Below are positions 58,261 to 64,000 of a DNA stretch of 64,000 nt, piece by piece. A program made the translations under genes and the position numbers. The stretch is from Podarcis liolepis (lineage: Eukaryota): NCBI GenBank assembly GCA_965112155.1, contig OZ218103.1; one strand, given 5' to 3'. How positions within the stretch are numbered: position 1 is the first letter of the stretch; every line of letters starts with the position of its first letter. The notes under the pieces are model-generated. The model was not told the origin of the DNA. It did not search any database and worked only from the letters and a program-made list of their open reading frames with translations.

Positions 58261-59298
58261 TTCCTCCTACCGTGTAATGATTCCTGTTGTCCATAATTCC
58301 TGGTGTGAACTGGCAACCCAGCCAGGATGCTTTTTGAAGAGGATGGAAATGCACTCTACCCATGTTCAGAGGCACTTGAGCCGTTATTACAATTTCAAAT
58401 GTTTTAGGGTTGACACCTCCCCCCCCCAACTTACATACGTAATTTGCATGCTAGAGCAAATGTAGATGTAGGCTTAAGACACATGTAACAGACATAAACA
58501 TAGGCATCTCATCCTCTCTTTCCCATTGCTTTTTGGGGCTGTGTCCTACATGCGCACTCAAGGATGGTGTCACAGGGCACAAGTATTCCTACGTTTCTCA
58601 GAGACCGGCACTGTTTACAGACATAGATTACTATCAGCTAGTTTTATGGTTCCTTGATACAAATTTAGCTGACAGAAGAGCCTTTCAGTTTTTCCTGGCC
58701 CATATGTTTTTTTTCTGCCTTGGTTATCATTTTCCCTTTTAGTATTAGTGTGGCAATAAACTGGCTGCCACATTTTGCACTTGGGAAATAGCAACAGTAA
58801 GGAATATGCAAACAGCTGTAATACCAACAATGTTCCTTATCATAGTTGGGGAAATTTTTTTGATAACTGCATGGCCCTCAAAGGCTATGTGCTAGTAAAC
58901 CTCAGTAATTCCTATGCATGTATACCTGGGCATCCTCCTACAATCTTTTAGAATTCAGCAAATTTCTTATAATTATAATTGGAAGGACAGTTTAATACCG
59001 TTTTGTTGACAGTGCATGCATGTGCATTCTTTCAAGTGAGAAAGGGGACTGTTGTTGGTCTGTAGAGACCAGAAAAAGTAGTCATAGACACTCATTAGCA
59101 CAGACTAAAGACATGCATTTTGGTTTTTAATCAATTAGTAGGAGCTGTGCATTTCTCTATGGATAATCAGTGTTCCTAACCATTTGTGTAAATCTCTTTG
59201 TATGATGTATGAGGATTTGATAAACTGTTTGGATTTCTTAGTTATCTCCAATGTCGTATTTTGTACTGGACATACGATTTCATATTCTTCCCTCATAG

Positions 59299-59459
59299 GA
59301 GCAGCTGGAGGAATTCAAGATTGGCTGTGATCTGGAGGAAGGCTGGGTACTCATGTGTAAGCATGCAGATGGTGGGGACAGGCTGGTGCCAGTGGAATCG
59401 ATGGAGAGAATCCAGAGGCAGCAACAACTCTTTGGGGTGGATTATAAGCCTGTAATCAG
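59299..59459 (+). CDS. HECTD3: HECTD3 exon 2
   Basis: catag|EQLEEFKIGCDLEEGWVLMCKH...QQQLFGVDYKPVI(R)|gtactg. Confidence 0.92.
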
Positions 59460-59547
59460 GTACTGAAAACCATCTCTACATTTTGTTTGGATTGATTGGC
59501 TTTTGAGGAGGACCATTGGGGAAGGCAGTCATTGTAAGCAAATACAT

Positions 59548-59779
59548 GTTGTTGTTTAGTCGATTAGTCATGTCTGACTCTTCGTGACCCCATGGACCAG
59601 AGCACGCCAGGCACTCCTCTCTTCCACTGCCTCCCGAAGTTTGGTCAAACTCATGCTGGTAGCTTCGAGAACACTGTCCAACCATCTCGTCCTCTGTCGT
59701 CCCCTTCTCCTTGTGCCCTCAATCTTATCCAACATCAGAGTTTTTTTTCTGGGAGTCTTCCCTTCTCATGAGGTGGCCA
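59548..59779 (-). mobile_element. BovB (RTE) LINE 3' fragment
   Basis: gactcttcgtgaccccatggac...ccaaccatctcgtcctctgtcgtccccttctcc; (CAA)n tail; 12-bp TSD aagcaaatacat at 59536-59547 and 59780-59791. Confidence 0.9.
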
Positions 59780-60660
59780 AAGCAAATACATAATACTATC
59801 AATGAATGTGTGACTTTCAGAAATACCTATGGTTGCAAGCTAAATTAGTAGCTTCCAATCATTTTGCTAACAGAATCAACCAAGAGCATTTTGCCTACAT
59901 TCAGTTCTTAGTTTCTAATAGAAATTTGTATCAGTACCAAAATTTCAAATTTTTTTTTTTGGGGGGGGGAGTGGCATATGTTCTCAGGTGGTTCATCTCT
60001 TGTTTGCTTCTTTCCTGATGGCTGATTTCCTCCTCTGATCTATAGCTTGTGTGCCAAGGGGGAGAGAGGTTCTCTTCTTCTGGATTACGTTATTGCAGCC
60101 AATTGGGGATCAAATAAGCGGTGTAGTGACATTACAGTGGAAAACAGACAATCAGATTAGACTGTGGTGATGTAACGAAGCCAGTTCAGAGTGAAAGTAG
60201 GAAGTGTTGCCCTCACTTTGAATGTCTTTTGGGGGAACAAGGAGTACAGCTACTGCACTGCAAACACTGTCACTCCTGTCTATAGCTCCCAAAGTTGTAA
60301 AAAAGGGATATTCACAACTGTGTCAAAAATGTATGCAAACACACACAAACACACACATCACTTGGCTCAAACCTTATCAGTAAGTCTAAGATGTGTTAAG
60401 TTCTGTGTGTCCATTTTGTTGTTTTATCTAATAAATGTAAGGTTTTTCATTTTAATAGCAGCAAAAATTATTATTACTATAAGCATTATAAATTAGATCC
60501 TCTGTAGCATTAAACAAAGGGCTATATACCAACCCTTTGAAATATTCTCAGATACTTATCCCTTGTTTTAGTAGCTAATAATGCAGTTAGAACTTTTCCT
60601 ATTTCTGTTTGCTTACACAGAAGTTTATAGTTGTTAATTCTGCCTTTTTCCCTTTTCCAG

Positions 60661-60753
60661 ATGGGAGCAGGTGGTGGATTTAACATATTCCCTCCGTCTT
60701 GGGGCAAAGCCAAAAATCATGGAGCCAGATGCAGCTGCGGTAGAGAGACTCCG
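60661..60753 (+). CDS. HECTD3: HECTD3 exon 3
   Basis: ttccag|[30 protein letters not shown](R)|gtaaag. Confidence 0.92.
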
Positions 60754-61046
60754 GTAAAGGGCATGCAACCCCCTTTACAGCAATAAGAAAACGTGGTGCA
60801 GCCAATGCACTTAATTTGAAAGTGGTAACTGGGCCTGCGGCACTGGACGTTTCTACATATTATCCAGGCTTTGTATGCCTGAGGACTTAATTCTATTGGG
60901 AGTAGTGCTTGTGCAGAAGTGGGAGTAAAAATAATATCCTGGAGGATATAATTGGGTAGTGGAGAGTATGATCGGGGATGTAAATTTCTGTAAACGCAGC
61001 TCTCTCTCTCATCCTGTACTATTAACACCAATTATTGCCATTTTAG

Positions 61047-61182
61047 ATTTGTACCTCCCACATGGAGCTACGAATGTGATGAGGACTTGGTGCATTTCCT
61101 CTATGACCACATCGGCAAGGAAGATGAGAATCTGGGCAGCATCAAGCAATATGTGGACAGCATTGATGTGTCCTCCTACACG
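61047..61182 (+). CDS. HECTD3: HECTD3 exon 4
   Basis: ttttag|[45 protein letters not shown]|gtaaag. Confidence 0.93.
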
Positions 61183-61311
61183 GTAAAGTGTCACTATCAA
61201 CCAGGCTCCTTTGCATAGAGACCTTGCCTTCATGCATACTGTCCCTTGTTGCCTCAGCATCCTAACCACTAGGCCATCATTTGCTAATATTAAAGGGTTT
61301 GCAAAGGCAGA

Positions 61312-61791
61312 TGTCAGGGACAGGGCTTCCCAGAGGGACGATGAGGGTGATGAGGGGGACAGAGAGTCAGAGGAGGAAGGAGTAGTTTTGCTTCCTTCTC
61401 AGCTGTTTGAAGACAGTCGCCCGCAACCCCTTCTCCTCAGCCGGAGAAGAGGAGGCTGGAGAGAGGCCAAGTCGCTGATAAGTGGACCCTAGCAACAACA
61501 TAGGGGAGGGATGATTCGTCAGAGGAAAAGGTAGGAGGCCAGCCAGAATCTCCACATTCCCATAGGTTAACGAGGGTCAGAGAAAGGCATCAATCAAGGA
61601 AGTGGAAGGCGAGGTTCTGGCGTGCTTCCTGTTGGCGCCGAAATCAGAGCCAAGATGCCTCAACATCTTGAAAGAGACAGTAGCCCATGGAAGCTGCTCT
61701 GAGTACAATGATGGTGTTTAATAAATCTGCTTGTAAACTGACAACATCTACTTGCTGCTTATTAAGTCTGGGAGCCAGCCAGATTGTGACA
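61312..61791 (+). mobile_element. probable solo LTR (Gypsy-like), 480 bp
   Basis: Starts TGTCA and ends TGACA; flanks gcaga / acaga (4/5 TSD match); AATAAA ~70 bp before the 3' end. Confidence 0.65.
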
Positions 61792-62706
61792 ACAGATAAC
61801 TTCTGGTTGATATCTATAACCTTAGGGTGAACTGAGTTAAGAATTTGTTAGGTCAGGATAACTTATTTGTGTAAACAGACTCTGGGTGTCTCTTTGCTGG
61901 TAATGAAGAGATTTTGCTGTCTGAGGCAAAGGATAAAATGATACTCCCTTCCAATGCTATGTACAACTAGACCGGCGGTTGAATCTTATTTTAACACTGG
62001 GGACAGGCCAGCCACACTTGGGGGCAGCAGGCTAGCTTTGGGGTACAGGGTAGGCCATGTGGCACACAGCTCTGTCCTCCAAAATCTTGCCACTCTCCAG
62101 AATCTGCTGTCCGAGGCGACTGCCTTATTCTGTCTAATGGTAGGGCTCTACCCATGAAATGAACTTCACCGGCCCCTGGAATGGGTTATTAGACAGTTGT
62201 TCTCTTGGTTCCAGAAAATGAAATAAAATAATGTGTGAAATAATGTGTTTTACTTGATCAACTTTTATAGTTGTAGGAATATATACACTTCTGAATTCTG
62301 TGTTGTCTTGGCATAGGTCTGCAAACTTTCAGATTAAGTTGGCCACCTGCTGATTTTAGTGGTCATCAAGTGTTTCTCTGAAATTTGATAACACTTAACT
62401 ACCCTGATCAGTGCTAGACACTGTGCCCAGTGTCTCCTCTACCGTTCTTCATAGGTCTGCAGGTTGCCTCTCCTAGGTGAATGGAGAGTGGTAAAAATCC
62501 AGGAAGCCTTGAGGGAGGAAGATGTGTTCAGTTATTTTCAGGGATAGTAGGAAAGTGCAGCTGGATGCCTGAGTGTCTGGAACTAAAAGTTCCTGCCTGA
62601 GGTTCTAGAGTTGGCGTCCTCTTGGGAGGGATCTTGTGGGTTGCCTGAAAGCAAGCTATTACATGGATATTTCTAACTCCCCTCAGTCTGTCTTTGCTTC
62701 CCTCAG

Positions 62707-62822
62707 GAAGAATTCAATGTTTCATGCCTGACAGACAACCATGCAGACACCTACTGGGAGAGTGATGGGTCTCAGGGTCAGCACTGGGTCCGTCTCAACA
62801 TGAAGAAAGGGACCATTATCAA
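62707..62822 (+). CDS. HECTD3: HECTD3 exon 5 (DOC domain)
   Basis: cctcag|[38 protein letters not shown]|gtgagt. Confidence 0.94.
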
Positions 62823-63830
62823 GTGAGTTCCCTATCCTTTACTAGCCTATTCCTTATATGTGGGGACATCACTGGCAGACACTTCGCTGTCCTGGCCTAA
62901 TCAGCCATTTCCTATAAGTACTATTGTAGTTAAACCCTGTTTCCTCTGCTCTCACTGAGTGTGAAAGCTGCATCAAGAGCAGCTGGCCCATGAATGTTGG
63001 TCTTGTTCTGTGCTTGGCCTTCTTCCTGCCCAAAGAGGGGATCATGGAAAAGACTTCTAGTTAGGTGCTATGAGGCTTTAAGTTTGGTGCTGAAGATGAA
63101 ACTGGCCTTTGACACTTGAGATGCATATTTTTGGGACCCACACTATTTTTGTGACTGTAAGTTGTTTTGAATTGTTTTTAGTGTTGTATTTTAAATGGTT
63201 GTTTCCCACTCTGGGACCTCAGGGTGAAGGGTGGGTAGAAAATTAAACTACTACTGCTACTACTATTTTGTGCCTCCATCACAACAACAAAGGAATTATC
63301 TTTTCTCACGTATACCACTGTGATTCCACCACTGCCATGAAACTGAAAGTTGAGCAATTTCAGAATCGCCCTTTTGAGATTTGCAGCAAAATATTTGTTT
63401 GAATTGGCCCTCTCCTTTCCATATGGCAGACAAAGGCATCCCCACCTTGGCTTTTCTGTTAAGTAAGATTTCTGTGATCACATAGGTTTGTGCAGAATGT
63501 GGTACTAGTGATGTACAAAAACCACTCTTCTCGATTCAAAATGGCTGAGTCTTTCTGGCCCTTTTTGGTTCATTCCTGGGAAGGTTTAAGCTTTTCCTCC
63601 AAGCCACATAAAGGTCCAGTCTGGGGGAAGCTTCATAGCCAGTTCTCTCGCCTGCCAAGCCCCCCCCCCCCCCGCTTTCGCCACATTTCTCAGCTCTTTG
63701 CCGTGAAGGTTTCTAAGCATATTTGGACCCTCCATTGTCCATAGGCGCTCTGGGAAGTAGACTTAAAAGCCAGAAACTTGTCCTATATCTTATTGTTGTC
63801 TCACGTTTACCCTTTAATTCTCTCCCTCAG

Positions 63831-63944
63831 GAAGCTGTTCCTGACTGTGGACACAACAGATGAGAATTTCATGCCCAAGAGGGTGGCTGTGTATGGTGGC
63901 GAGGGGGATAACCTGAAGAAGCTGAGTGACGTGGGCATTGATGA
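63831..63944 (+). CDS. HECTD3: HECTD3 exon 6
   Basis: cctcag|[37 protein letters not shown]|gtgagt. Confidence 0.93.
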
Positions 63945-64000
63945 GTGAGTCAGATGAGGGAGGCGGGGGGGGGGGGGGAGAGAATTTGCTTGTTGAGGAA

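Larger units (their letters stand above)
57787..63944 (+). other. HECTD3: HECTD3 gene, 5' part (exons 1-6; continues beyond window); E3 ubiquitin ligase with DOC domain
   Basis: Spliced frame [13 protein letters not shown]...[14 protein letters not shown]...[14 protein letters not shown]...[14 protein letters not shown]; head-to-head with UROD as in other vertebrates. Confidence 0.93.

Overview
Eukaryotic (vertebrate) genomic DNA. The repeat content (Sauria SINE, BovB, CR1, L2, tRNA-derived SINEs, Tc1/mariner and hAT MITEs) points to a squamate, most likely a lacertid lizard; that assignment is inference. The window holds the conserved ZSWIM5-UROD-HECTD3 block. ZSWIM5 (+) is present as 13 coding exons from 7024 to the stop at 39897, with exon 1 lying upstream of the window. 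UROD (-) is complete: 10 coding exons from 55820 to 43365, 369 aa, tail-to-tail with ZSWIM5. HECTD3 (+) is present as exons 1-6 from 57787, head-to-head with UROD, and runs off the right edge. All reconstructed introns are GT-AG and phase-consistent. Most of the supplied ORF track is intronic noise or antisense shadow. I see no evidence of a novel multi-gene system. The most notable items are a 24-bp tandem duplication of the UROD exon 3 donor, a GATA/E-box cluster between two separated CpG islands upstream of UROD, an unexplained ~70-bp sequence shared between a ZSWIM5 intron and a UROD intron, nested or young TE insertions, a solo LTR, and PUM and G-quadruplex motifs in the ZSWIM5 3'UTR.
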